Assembly (NCBI GenBank): GCA_963920595.1
Contig: OY986949.1
Coordinates: 1,984,001 to 2,048,000 of the forward strand
Origin: Eimeria praecox
Lineage: Eukaryota
Length of the DNA stretch: 64,000 nt
Direction of reading: 5' to 3'
A program made the position numbers and the translations under genes. A model generated the notes under the pieces. That model saw nothing but the letters and a program-made list of their open reading frames with translations. It had not been told where the DNA came from and did no database searches. Shown here one piece after another: positions 25,660-37,872 of this stretch (the first letter of the stretch is position 1; every line of letters starts with the position of its first letter).

Positions 25660-26260
25660 CCACCACTCCGACAAAGCACTGAACGTCAGAGGGAAATGCT
25701 TGAGCAGTGTCCGTGCACAGTTAACTCTTATTAGGCAGAATTTATGCGAAGCCCATTCTTCGCACGCGTTTCTTGTTGCTATTCTCTTGCTACTGTGCAG
25801 GAGTGAGCATAGCCAGACCGCACGTTGCGTAAGCTTTTCCTGAGCTTCGACTGATCGTAGGCCGGTGTAAGTGCAGCTGCAAAGTAGGAAGCACGTGATG
25901 TGCTTGCGTGCTTCCGCTGTGGGGACTTCCTGGGGGGATACGCAGAGCTACACGAGCTGAAATACGAATTACGTACTTCGCGAGACTACTGCTGGTCGTT
26001 AACCTACACTGCAGTGTATCCTGCACAGGCAAGGGAACTACTGAGGATGTAGTGCTGACCAGCAGTAAAGAACCACCACCAGCTGTGCACTTATCGCTTC
26101 GCACGATGCAAAAACTTCGTTAAGGAGGGTGCAGGCGTCCCCTTTACAGGATACAGTCGTCTTTACACCCACTCCCGGAGCAAGGGCCAACTACTGCATT
26201 TGGTCTGCGACCCCAGTTGTTGCATACCCGTTAGAGTCCCAGTAAGCAGGCAGATAAGCT

Positions 26261-27628
26261 TTAGTTGCCCTTTGGTTGGGTAGCAGCTCGAGCCCACTGT
26301 AGGTAGTCCTGCATTGAGGTCCACAGGGATGCCACATATGCGGTAACATGGCTTAAGTGGTTCTGAACTACCGGGGAATTTAGGGCGACGACAACGGCGC
26401 AGAATGCAGTTACGTTGCAACTGAACAGAATCGACGAAGCATCGTCCTTACTGCGCTGCCATCCACGACGTCAGTGAACACCACCTGGAACCCACACGCA
26501 AGCAGAAAGCGCAAGGCATTAAGTGTACTTTCTAGGACACGATTCTACAGAGACTCCACAAGTGACACTAGTTAAACCCACCTCCGGGACATCGTACGAG
26601 TGCTTGTCCTTAATTGCTTGCACCACTGCTTGGGTGTGCTTCCGCTGGGTCTTTATGATAATCAAGGCCTCCGTACTTCCCTGAGTCGTTACATACCAAA
26701 ACAATTATATTTCCATCAGACCCCAAACATCGGCTACTGGCTCCTCGGATGGCAACCCCTACAAATGGACTGCTGGCGACAACGTCTATCAGGGATTATA
26801 CACAGAGCGCGCCTCAATTTCTCCCTTCCACTCGTAAACACTTTCAACTTCAGGTACGATTTGCACGCATGCGGCGAGGCGCTCCATGACCAGGTGCTGC
26901 GCGATCTGCACGGAAAGAGGCCGCATTCAACACTGAGGGAGAACAAGATGCTTCACATACTGAGATTTAAGGAGGGTCGTGGTGCTAATTTACCCAGCTA
27001 CCTACCATAAAATACCCCGCATATGAATTTTTGTGAGTACTGGTTGTGCCTACCAGGCTCAGGCATTTTCTATTAATAATATGCATATAGGGGCTACATG
27101 TATGAAGAGTCCCTATATATACGATCTAAACGAGAACCGTATAGCGGACGTGGCATCAACGACCCGTGATGATACGTGAAGTGGCTTACATCCCGTGCCT
27201 CTTTACGACTGGATGCTGTTGAAAAACCAACAACGAGACCCTCAGCTTTCGTCGCCTCCGCGACGCATTGAGGAGCCTTGGTTTCCATCTGCAAGGCACG
27301 GAAGCAATCGTGACCAGGGCAAACCAGTGGAATGAAATAATTTTCTTCTATCAGCCTCGAGTACACAAAATAAAAGCAAATCCTCTTGTTGTAGCGGGAG
27401 ATGCACAATGCCTAACAGATTGAACCGTCAGCTGTCAGCTAAACATGTGCACCGCATGGCGGTCATTTACACAGTTTTAAGGCAACAATACACTTTCTGT
27501 CCTGAAAAGCTGTTGCAGCAGACACATTATCGCAAGCTGGCATCGCCCACATGGATGGCGCTGGAGCTCCCAAACGCTGCAATATACAGCAGGAAATGGA
27601 CTAAAAGTGCCGCGACAGCGTAAGACAT
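26261..27628 (-). CDS. CUTA: CutA (divalent-cation tolerance) family protein with an N-terminal hydrophobic leader, 6 exons, ~149 aa
   Basis: Exons 27628-27551 (tentative leader MSYAVAALLVHFLLYIAAFG), 27288-27190, 26905-26813, 26680-26582, 26484-26452, 26308-26261. Reads IAQHLVMERLAACVQIVPEVESVYEWKGEIE|GSTEALIIIKT..IKDKHSYDVPE|VVFTDVVDGSA|DYLQWA. Confidence 0.92.
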
Positions 27629-28382
27629 CCCGCCAACTACGTCACAACCGCTACTTAAAACGACATAGAATAAGGCTACTTGGATACCAGGGCAACACAG
27701 GCAGGCAGTGGTTCTGGGCTGCATGCAGGGAGCATGGCGATAGTTTGAATAGTATCTAGCTCGTAGCTTTTTGCTCGTTGGTGGTAAAACTGTTTTTTGA
27801 AGGATATACCTATCGTTTATCTATACCCATTGTGTGGCAAGTGCTCCTTCTGGTTTCCATGAGTGGCCCTTACCTTGTGCTACGTGCTACCAAGGACTCT
27901 CACAAAACAGGGGCCTCCTCCTCGCAAAGCAGCAAATTGTGAGTTGTTTCGATGTTATTTTTCTAAATGTTACGAACTCAAGGTGTAAGCACCAAGTTTC
28001 CCGGTTGGTGGTTACCAACTCTTTAGCCCAAGGTGACTTGGCGAGTAGGTGAGTAAGACTGGACCGTGCTTCGACCCGTTTGAGTCATGTATTACTACTG
28101 TATAAGATGGTTAGAAGTGCCCTAGTATAGTACATATGTGAGCGTTGTGTATTAAGGGTTGGTGGGTAGTAAATAAAGTAGTCAACTGCCGACACACTGC
28201 AGGTAAAAGCAGAGCGCCCTTACCGTTGCCCTGTTCTCACACCAAGTAGGGAGCATTCATCTGCATGCCAACTGTGTTCTAGCGAACCCCACAGGCGGTT
28301 GCTCTTTTGCGTGGTGTTAGTTACTTAAATTAGATGCTTTTGTCAGCAAATGCTGCACGAAGGCCTCACATGCAGTGGTATC

Positions 28383-28619
<237 letters not shown>

Positions 28620-31600
28620 TACGTATCGTTACTGGGCTGAGGTATCTACTCCGCAGCTTTTGTTTGTGTGAAAGTAGTTGCAACAGAAAGCACTGCAACA
28701 CTGCATCGGTCGGCATCCTGCCCTCCACGCTTGCTTCAATATGGATAGGACCGCGGGATTCGGGGAGCGTATTCGGGCCTATTTGCGTTATTAAGCTATA
28801 TACTGGTATATGCTTGCACGTCATGTGAATTTCTATCTGCCTGCCGGAGATGATTGAGCTGCAGCGGGGAGGCGTACAGCCCCATCAGGGTAGGGCAGCC
28901 TGTTCTATTCTGGAGCAGGAGCCTGCTACGAGTTATTCGGCAAGGCTCGAAGGAATCAGTCTGTGAATCATGCGTGCTTCCATAGAAGCTGCCGCTGCTC
29001 TGCGAAGAAGCCAAAAAGCGGCAGTTGTGCAGACCTGTGTGTCCGCGTTAGCGTCTACGCTTTGGGAGTAAGCGGTTAAAATACCATGGATTTTGGCAAG
29101 CCAAGTCACTGTGATCTTCTTGATCTTCGATTCTGCCAGGAATATCCAAGATGTGTAGGGAGGCAGAGGAAGACGTTTGACCCTTGGCTGCTTTTGGGAG
29201 CTACGGCGTTAGTTTGGCCCAAAATGTCGTTACAAGAATGCAGACTTACCGTTGTTCTCGCTTTTTCCCAAATGATACGCTCGAACGCGCCTCTGGTGAC
29301 GCGCCGAAGCGTAAGAATGCAGCTGCGACGGCAATTATGCACATGGGTGCACAGGCCATTCTAGTAGAGTAAGAAACAATTAGCCGTGCAGAGCAAAAAG
29401 AAATCACAGCCGCACCTGCTGGTCAGCCTCGACCCAGCATTGTGCTTACACCAAATCGCTTTAATGCTTAGGTAATACTCGAGGTGTTTGGCACTGGCTA
29501 GGAAGTGGATCTTATGTCTGAAGTGACGGTGAAGGTGTGCAGCATGGTTGTCCCTTCATTGGCGGAGTCTCCGCGGCTACGCTTGGTTGATAGCAAATAC
29601 GAGGCAAGCATCCATACAACTATGACGATAAAGTGCGGGATCAATATGGAAATGGGTCGTTCTCTTAGCGTTGGGGACTCCCAGATTGGCATTAGCACTT
29701 AGGCTTGCCGTGGCAGGTCGAGTGAAGGGTGGGCATGCGGCCACTAGCGGACGCTCCTGTTTATCTGTCGGGAAGCAGTAGGATAGAGATGCTCTCAGCG
29801 CTCCCCAAAACATCTGCACACAGTACAACAAGAGAAATAAAACCATTGCCCCACGAGGCGAGAGCGCGGAAGCTCCAACCCAGTGCAAGGGCAATGCCGG
29901 GAACGACAGTGATTTGCGTACACTCGATGTTTTTTATGGAGAGTCGCAGGTTGGGGGAGTACTATCCATGTAACATCCCAGACAGCAAAAGTGGGTACAG
30001 TGAAGAAAGAGTTCCCATACATGCCAGGTGGAGCATCGGAACTTTCACTGAACTGGCCGCCTGCTGGAAGTCCAGTGAATCGCGCCTAGCTTGTAACAAA
30101 AGCCCTCAGCCTTTGCCAGTGACCGTCATGTGCTGCAGGGAGGTTGAACGCTCAGATAAGTAGTTCAGAAAATGCAACGGCTCTCCCCTGCTGCCTCCAG
30201 AAGTCCTGTGCACAACTGCCTAAGGACTTGGTTTGGTGGGGGTAAGGGCAAGATGGAGCAAGCACGCACTGTTCATTCTCCCCTGTAGTTTAGTTACGGT
30301 CAAAGGAATGGTTCAATAATCATTTAATCGCATATGGAAGCTCTACACTTTCCCGGAAGCATGATTGCTGGCAAGGATATCAAATTCGCTTGCGGCTCGG
30401 GGAACATCTTGAAGCGGTTCAATATCGACAAAAACAAGACCAAGAGCCGTTCGGAGGCGGGTTAAACTGAGGGCACGAACTGCACAATTGTGCTTTGTTT
30501 CTAACACTATATCCAGCAAATTCGATCTAACTGTCTTTGCTTCCTCCCACAGTGTACCATTCGACTCGTTATTCTTCAGTTTACCCTGGTCTACACTGAA
30601 ACGCTATTGCCCGACTTGGCTTGGGCCCTAGTTCTGGCAGCCAAACCCCAATGTTGGCAGATGCATGCTTCTCTACACAGCGTGCAGTGTTTTGTAATGC
30701 ATGAAGAAGAGACGAGAATGGCACACAAGAGTTTACGGCTAACGGCTTTCGTCAGGCACGTACAATGCTGGCGGCTTGGTTTTAGTGGGTTTGCTCATTG
30801 CAGAGGTAGGGAGGCGGACAGCCAAAAAATGGGCCTTGCGTTGGGTGAGGCGCGCTGCTATGCCCGTTCGGGCTAGCAGATGGGCATGTATCGGAGATTA
30901 AACCCCACCATTGTGTCACCCTACCCTTATTGTAAGCTGTTTAGGACTGTTTAGAGAAGCAATCCAGCTGCCTCTAAGCTCCCCACAATAACAGGCAATC
31001 CTATCCCGGATGCATGGGTAACAAAGCGCGGAGGTTGCATAAAACGATAGTATTACGTTGAATAGCCAGAAGATTGACAACCAGGGTAGTTCTATACGGT
31101 CTGCCAGAGTATCTGCATGGCCACCTTGGGGCAGCGGACACACCTATGGGCTTGGTCGAGCACAGCGCAGCGCGCAGTTTCGTCATAATCACACCTTTGT
31201 GGGCAACTGCCCTGTAACGTCTGTAGGGGGGCTTCTCTTTATATCTACCTTTTCTCTGACTCTAACCCATTGTAACACTGTAATACGCATCCCTTCTTTG
31301 ACTTATTGCTAGCTGGGCACCGCTGCTGAGACAGTCTTCACTTTATCACATTTAGGGATCTCTGCTTACTGTGGTGGATCGCTTACGCTTTTTATATTCG
31401 TTTGTTGGCTTCAAACGTAAGACACTGGTAGCTTTGGTGAGGAGATACAGTACCTTGGGGGTCCAGTAGGTCTCACGGGGTGGCCTGTCCGCCCATTATT
31501 TAAGACAGTGGTAACTTGGGTGAGGAGGTATAGTATCATGGGGCTAAACCAGGTCTCAAGAGTTGGCAGGTCTGCCTATTAAAGCAGCACGTGAGCTGCA

Positions 31601-32966
31601 GAGCGATGCGGGTCGGCAGCAATGCCATCACAAATAAACCGCACCGGCGCATTCCTCTAGACTTTCATCCCTTGCTACTTTTTTCGAATGCGGAACTTTG
31701 ATACCTCTAACGATTTCCTCCCTCTCTTGTGGTGCGCTTATTCCTTGATAGGCAACTGTGTACATGAGGGCGTACCCTGTTTGGGGAGAGAAATGGGAAG
31801 GCAGAGGCTGGCACATTCATCTCTATCTGTGTACAACTTTGCTACTGGCGGTCAAGTGAGCGCACACCGTTTGCCTACAGCATTGGTGCATTCAACATAA
31901 GGGGGCCCTGATGGCATGCCTGCGTGTGGGATTGCCTTGCAGCAAGAGCTACAGGAACGCGTGGTGTAACGCGTGACAAGCCGCCTGTTCACCACAGCGG
32001 CCGCAGGCCCTTTCGCCTCTCTATCCAGCTTGACTGGAGGTTATACGGGAGGTTAGTTACTTCCGGGTACTATTTTAATGAGAATTTTGACTCATTTGCA
32101 ATATGCAACGGTCCTCAGCTGAGCCCCACGATCCTCGTAACGCTTGCACGTTAGCTATGCGCTCACCCTGAATATTCACGCGACTCTTCTTTAGGGAGGG
32201 TTCTGGCTGTACTAGTTCGCTTTTCATTCACTTTACCTTCCTTAACTACCGATAGCATTAAATTCTGCAGGCAATGCTATCATCGCCGCACGACTAGAGC
32301 AGAATGCTACAAGGGCTTCGGTGATGCTGCGTGGCCGGGAAGGGCACGAGAACCTCGTTAATTCCACAAACGCTAATGGAAATACTGAAAATATTGGTTT
32401 TCTGGCTCAAACAACTAACATTCATCAATTAGGGGATGAATAAAGCCAAAACCACTGGACCGCAACGGCCAGAGCCCGACGCCATCGTTGTCTGCAGCCC
32501 CCGATGTATAGGCAGAGGGCAGGCCAGAGAAGCATACAGCAACCTTCTCCCACAGTTAGCAGATATTTGGCTCTTGAATAACATTAATTGATTCTGTTTT
32601 GAAGTGACTGAGCAGTTTCAGCTCCCAGTGGCCGCACTGGGGTGGGTGGAGCGAACTGGTGACCAGCCACATTTGTTTCAATTGTATCGCATTCCGCAAC
32701 CAGAGAATTGTAATTGAAACGATCACTTTGACTTACTCAATTTCTTTTTATCAACCAGTTTTCTTGTTATTTCGTCTCATGGGAACGGAATGCACAAGAC
32801 CTCTGTGTTCATATGCCTTGGGTAGCAAAGCCGTTCACCTTGAACAGGCTCCTCGCGAACAGGTACCGCTTTAAAGGCCCCATAGGCTGTGGCAGTGGAA
32901 GTTATCTCCGGATCAGTCTCGCTTCAGGGAACCCTTATGCATGAACCGGCCTGATTTCCACATAGG

Positions 32967-35837
32967 ATGCTGCAGCCCGAGGGTTACAAATGTTGTCGGG
33001 TCTTCCCAAGGCCATTTGTGTCCCAGTGTGGCAGATTTTGTTCATTTATCGTCTGCTTATTCGCATTCTTGCATTTCGGATTAACTCAGGAGCACACAGA
33101 TTCCGTTGGCAGTGCAGGTGATCCTCATGCAGCTACATCGGATAATGCTGTGGCAGCGGCCATTGCAGCTGTCCCTCATGCCCTGCCCCCCGAACTTGAT
33201 ACTGAGGTGTCAGATAATAATTCTGCGGTTCTTGCTATTTCTTCTACCGCCGATGAAGCTGTCCAAGAGACTGAGCCAACATCTGCACCAACCACCACGG
33301 ACAATTCCGGTGATGAATTGTCTTCGAACCCAGCTTTGCGTGGAACAGCCTCTGCGGGCCCCGCAGAGACTGCTAGTGCTGAGGAATCAGGGCCAGCTTC
33401 CTCAGGATCAGAGGCCCTTCAACAACCGCAAAATCAATCTAGTTCCGTTCCACAGTTTGCTCCTATGACCGTTACCATTGTTGTTGGAGCCGGAGAGACT
33501 GTGAGGGACTGCACTGAGGAGCTTCCATCCCAGAGTTTCCTAATGAGTGTCTCCAGACGTTTTCAGCAACTCCAGCTCCTCCCCCTCCTTGCAGCCTTTG
33601 GCCAGCAGAGCTTGAAAGTGGTAACTAATCGCGTGTACTCATCTACTCCGTTGGTGCCTGCTGCTCCTCGGCTTCTGCAGGCAGATTCCCTCCTACTGTT
33701 CCGTGAACCTTCGGCAAGGGAACGTTCCCAACAAACGATGCTAGTGGAAGTAGCATCGCAAACACCCATGTTTCCCCAGCTCGTTTGGCAAAGCGGCTCG
33801 GGGTTCAAGGCTCGGAGTGCAGCGGTCCAACCCAATCTCGCTTTGTGGTCTAACCAGTTCTTTGCCTCTTCTCACCAGACCCGCAAAAGTGAGCGGGCTG
33901 GCTCAAAAAACCAGCCTGTCTTCGTTCCCCAGCGCGTCAAGTCGAATATTCTAGAGGGACTACAGGAGCAACCTCACTCAAATGAGTCGCATGCGGCAGC
34001 TCCTCAACTTGGTGGTTCCTTTTTGGGAAGCATTCTGCAGGCCCTTGAAGGCTCTCCCATTCGACTAAATTTAGGGGATATGGCATGCGCAGCACTCCCT
34101 ACATCCGCTTTAAACCGAAAGCTTTCCTGCTGGCTTTTGGGGGCATTCACTGAACGCATTCTTTGCCGCACTGCCTGGTTTGACCCTTGCCAGGCCATAA
34201 GCGAAGAAACAGCACATGGGAAACCGCCCTTGTCTCCTGTAGTGTTGCCACCAGGGGGGCCTGACACCCTCTACCTTTCGCTAAAGCGTTTACTCCATCC
34301 AGTCCGAGGCATTCCTAAGAAGATCCCCAAAGACGTCATTTCAGAGGAAGGGCCTACCTACCAGCTGCTGTGGCAAGCACTCACCCGCCTAGATGACATA
34401 TGGGCTCTCGCGTACTGCGGGCGTGAACTGCCACCTGGGAGTCATTTGACGGCAACTGCAAGCCAGCAATCCCTTGCAGAGCAGGAGGGCAAACGACGCC
34501 TGCAGGAGCAAACCCAACAGCAGCTGCAGCCAGATGAAGCTCACCGGGGAGAGGGAGAGGAGGAGCAAGATGAAGAGACATTGCAAACACAGCTGCCACA
34601 ACCCTCTTCTCTGTGGGACGGCGCATCTCTTCCTGGTATAAGAGGGGCCCCACCGCTTTCTTTGTGGGATTTAGGGACGACAACAAAGCCTGTACCCGAT
34701 GCTTCAGCATCTGCTGAGCAGACAGAAACGGGCGAGCCAGCAGAAACTCCAGAGGCACAAACGGGGTCATTCGCCAATCCCTTCTGGCCGCCACAAAGCT
34801 CCCCTTCTCAATCATCAGGAGAAAAGGAAGCAGCAACAGGAGCACGAAGCACGCCAGCAGGTCCCTCAGCAAGTCCTTCGCCAACAGGTGATGAGGGAAA
34901 ACCCACACAGAAACGTGGGTCTCTTCAAGTGCTACCTGAAGGAGCGCCACATCTACAAGGCCAGGACCTCCTGCCAGGCTGGCGAACAGAACTAGTCTTG
35001 AAGGCCCTTTCCCCTGGCGTGGGAAATAGGACTAATGTCTTGGCTGTTGCTGGGAGAAGGGGAACCGAAGTGCTGATTGCCTTCCGAGGCACAAAGACAC
35101 AAGTCGAGTGGATTTTAAACGGTCAGGCAGAGCATGCGTTCAACTGGCTGGGAGAGGGGGAAGGGCGGACAGCTGCTGGATTCTCTCACATCTTCAGTGC
35201 TGCCTGGCCAGCCTTACAGGTTTATCTAGCCTCAGTAGACAGGCCTGAGACACCTCTGAGTCGGATCCTAATAACGGGGTACTCTCTGGGAGGCGCAGTC
35301 GCAGCCCTCATGGCCTACGGCATTGCCTTGAACTATCCCACAAAAGTTGATGCAGTTATCTTTGGGGCACCACGTACTGGAGACAGCGCATTCACAGCTG
35401 CCTGGGCTAAAAGAGTTAACGGACGAAACGTTGCTTTCACTTTGGACCCCATCCCTAGAACCCCTTGCAGAGAAATGCCCGCATGCGATAAGCCAGGCAC
35501 AAGGGGTCCGTTGACCCTTCCCAAAAACTTCCTCGGACTGGCAAGCCACTCCCCCAGGAGGAACGGGGCTAGCGGGAGAACTGAAAGCAGCAGCATAACG
35601 AACGGATACGGGGATTTCCACGGCCTTGTCTCTTTCGGACCTGATGAGCTTGGGGGCTCGACACGCAACAGAATCAGTCCTGTTTATGTTAGTTACAACC
35701 ACATCTGCTCCTATCCATGCTGGCTAGCCACAAATTTCAACCCTGGAGAACGCCGCACACTCTGCCAATTGCCAGATTTCTCCCATCAGTGGGATCCTGC
35801 CCTGGCACCAAACACCTGTCCTGCTCTTCTGTCATGA
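32967..35837 (+). CDS. Secreted-type class 3 lipase, intronless, 956 aa
   Basis: Uninterrupted ORF. Hydrophobic stretch FCSFIVCLFAFLHFGL near the N-terminus. Lipase_3 motifs: EVLIAFRGTKT..EW, ILITGYSLGGAVAAL (GxSxG, Ser codon 35283-35285), IFGAPRTGD..F, LDPIPRTP, YNHICSY. Confidence 0.9.
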   Translation: MLQPEGYKCCRVFPRPFVSQCGRFCSFIVCLFAFLHFGLTQEHTDSVGSAGDPHAATSDNAVAAAIAAVPHALPPELDTEVSDNNSAVLAISSTADEAVQETEPTSAPTTTDNSGDELSSNPALRGTASAGPAETASAEESGPASSGSEALQQPQNQSSSVPQFAPMTVTIVVGAGETVRDCTEELPSQSFLMSVSRRFQQLQLLPLLAAFGQQSLKVVTNRVYSSTPLVPAAPRLLQADSLLLFREPSARERSQQTMLVEVASQTPMFPQLVWQSGSGFKARSAAVQPNLALWSNQFFASSHQTRKSERAGSKNQPVFVPQRVKSNILEGLQEQPHSNESHAAAPQLGGSFLGSILQALEGSPIRLNLGDMACAALPTSALNRKLSCWLLGAFTERILCRTAWFDPCQAISEETAHGKPPLSPVVLPPGGPDTLYLSLKRLLHPVRGIPKKIPKDVISEEGPTYQLLWQALTRLDDIWALAYCGRELPPGSHLTATASQQSLAEQEGKRRLQEQTQQQLQPDEAHRGEGEEEQDEETLQTQLPQPSSLWDGASLPGIRGAPPLSLWDLGTTTKPVPDASASAEQTETGEPAETPEAQTGSFANPFWPPQSSPSQSSGEKEAATGARSTPAGPSASPSPTGDEGKPTQKRGSLQVLPEGAPHLQGQDLLPGWRTELVLKALSPGVGNRTNVLAVAGRRGTEVLIAFRGTKTQVEWILNGQAEHAFNWLGEGEGRTAAGFSHIFSAAWPALQVYLASVDRPETPLSRILITGYSLGGAVAALMAYGIALNYPTKVDAVIFGAPRTGDSAFTAAWAKRVNGRNVAFTLDPIPRTPCREMPACDKPGTRGPLTLPKNFLGLASHSPRRNGASGRTESSSITNGYGDFHGLVSFGPDELGGSTRNRISPVYVSYNHICSYPCWLATNFNPGERRTLCQLPDFSHQWDPALAPNTCPALLS

Positions 35838-37872
35838 GCTGTTTGCCGCATCGAGCTACGCACGTCTTTAGTGCACGCGAAATGTGAACGTAGCTCGAGT
35901 ATTTTTTGTTTTATGTCCTAACTCATTCAAGTGAGGCATCGTGACGCATCGAGCTGCATGCATGAACTTTGAGGAAATGATCTGCTTTTCGGAGAACTCC
36001 TTACGAAGAGCTCTCTTGCACTCGTCGGCCAAGTTCTGAGTTATCCTTCTTTCTAAAGAAGCGAGAAAAACGCTTCTTCTTTCCCGCTGTTGCATGGCAG
36101 TGCAAATGGGCACCAAACCTGCTGCTTTCCAGCATCCGCACTTCTTCCTTGTTACGGTGCGCGGGGTTGACACAGACCAAGAGAAAGGCGCTCTCTTCTG
36201 TACCTCCCATGTGCTCTTGCTACCCCAGGACGGACTGCCACAGATTGAGTCTTTTCTGCATAAGCAAGGCGTCACTCGCTCCAAAAATACTTGTTGCTGG
36301 TGCTATGTTTTGTGAGCTTTAGTGAAACACCATCGTTTCGCCTCTTGCAAGAGACTTCCCACGCTGCGCACGTAGAAGTGCCAACTCTGCGCAGCTACAG
36401 AAAAGTAGCCAAGAGCATCTCTTTCCCCAATCCCAGAACACAACGCCGGGAAATGCCGCAGCAGCAGGGACATCAGAGCGTTCGTTGCAGTGCGCCTTAA
36501 GCTCGTAAACTCAGTGGCAGCGCTACGGCTGGGCAGCAAAGGGAAAGACGCCTTGTAACCACTGAAACCCTCCAGTGTAATAAGCAAACCGTATGTGCAG
36601 ATATTCGCCTTTGAGCGAATGGCCTAGGAAGGCAGGTTATTCTAAAGCGAGCTAGCTGGGCATCTAATGTCTCAAATGCTGCTGCAGCTAACCTCTGGAT
36701 AACCAATATCTTTTGAATGAGGGCTCGAGTTCCTGAGCCTCATTTCTTCGTCGCACACAACTCTTGAAGCTGCGTTAAAGGTGCTTAAGTATGTCTTTCA
36801 AATGCCTAGACGGCTTTCACTGTGGAGAAACGATGTAAGAGTACGTATTTTTTCCCCATGTCTCTACCCTGGCAAGTTCTCCGGTGCGTCACTGACTGCT
36901 CAATATGCTGACCGTGCATTGGCGGCCAGTACGACAGCGCTCAAGCTACAGCATCACGTTGATTCATTTGCTCCTTCAAGGACGCCTTCACCTACCTTCA
37001 AATGCTGCTTCTGCTCTGTAACATGTTTCGTTGGCATTGCGGGAGAGTGCCGGCTGCTTTCTCTACTTAGGCAATACCATAGAGAACTGTGCACGAATTA
37101 TTGGTGGAAATGATGCATGCTTGGTATAATAGCTCACCTACTTACTAGTTACAGATGCATTTACCACATAAAGGGGTCGCTTTATTTCGCAGAGCGAAAC
37201 TAACGCGGCTGCGCTTCGGCGGCCTTCGCGGTACAGTTGTATTGTGGGGAGCGTAGCCCTCCAACACCACGAGGGTGCCACAACCTAATCGTCGCTGCAT
37301 TAATGCATGGTTTCTCGAAGAATGCGCCAAATAAAGATACTCGCGCCTAGTATCTCTCTTCTTCAGCTCCCGGTATGGGCAGCCTTCCCACCTCAGCCCC
37401 AGAATGAGAAAGGGACACTTTACGGAGGCTCAGTGCTTGGACTACGCTTTACGGAAGAATCAAACTTCTGTTGAAGAACTGCTCAATACTGGGATGATAT
37501 TTGGCCAGAATAACACGGTATTGCCCGTGACTAGACTAGCACCCCAGCTAGCACAACTGCACGAGTCAAATGTGGGGCATTCGAATGCTTGAACAGATGG
37601 ATGGCGCTGGGGATTAAGGCAGCTCGGGCACAATGCCCACGTCCTCCAGGAGTGCTGTCCACCGTCCTAGTGCTCCAGCCTCTGCGGATCCCCATGAAGC
37701 AAAGGAGATGAAGTCGTCTCCTCCTCGACATGCAGTTGCACCACGATCTAGTCGCCAGTCTTCGACAGCACAGGAATATCCACCTACACGCAATGCATCG
37801 AAACGAGCAACTCGGAGCGCCGGATGGTAATACTACGGTTGGCTTGACCCTTCCGAGCACAATAGCATCCAC

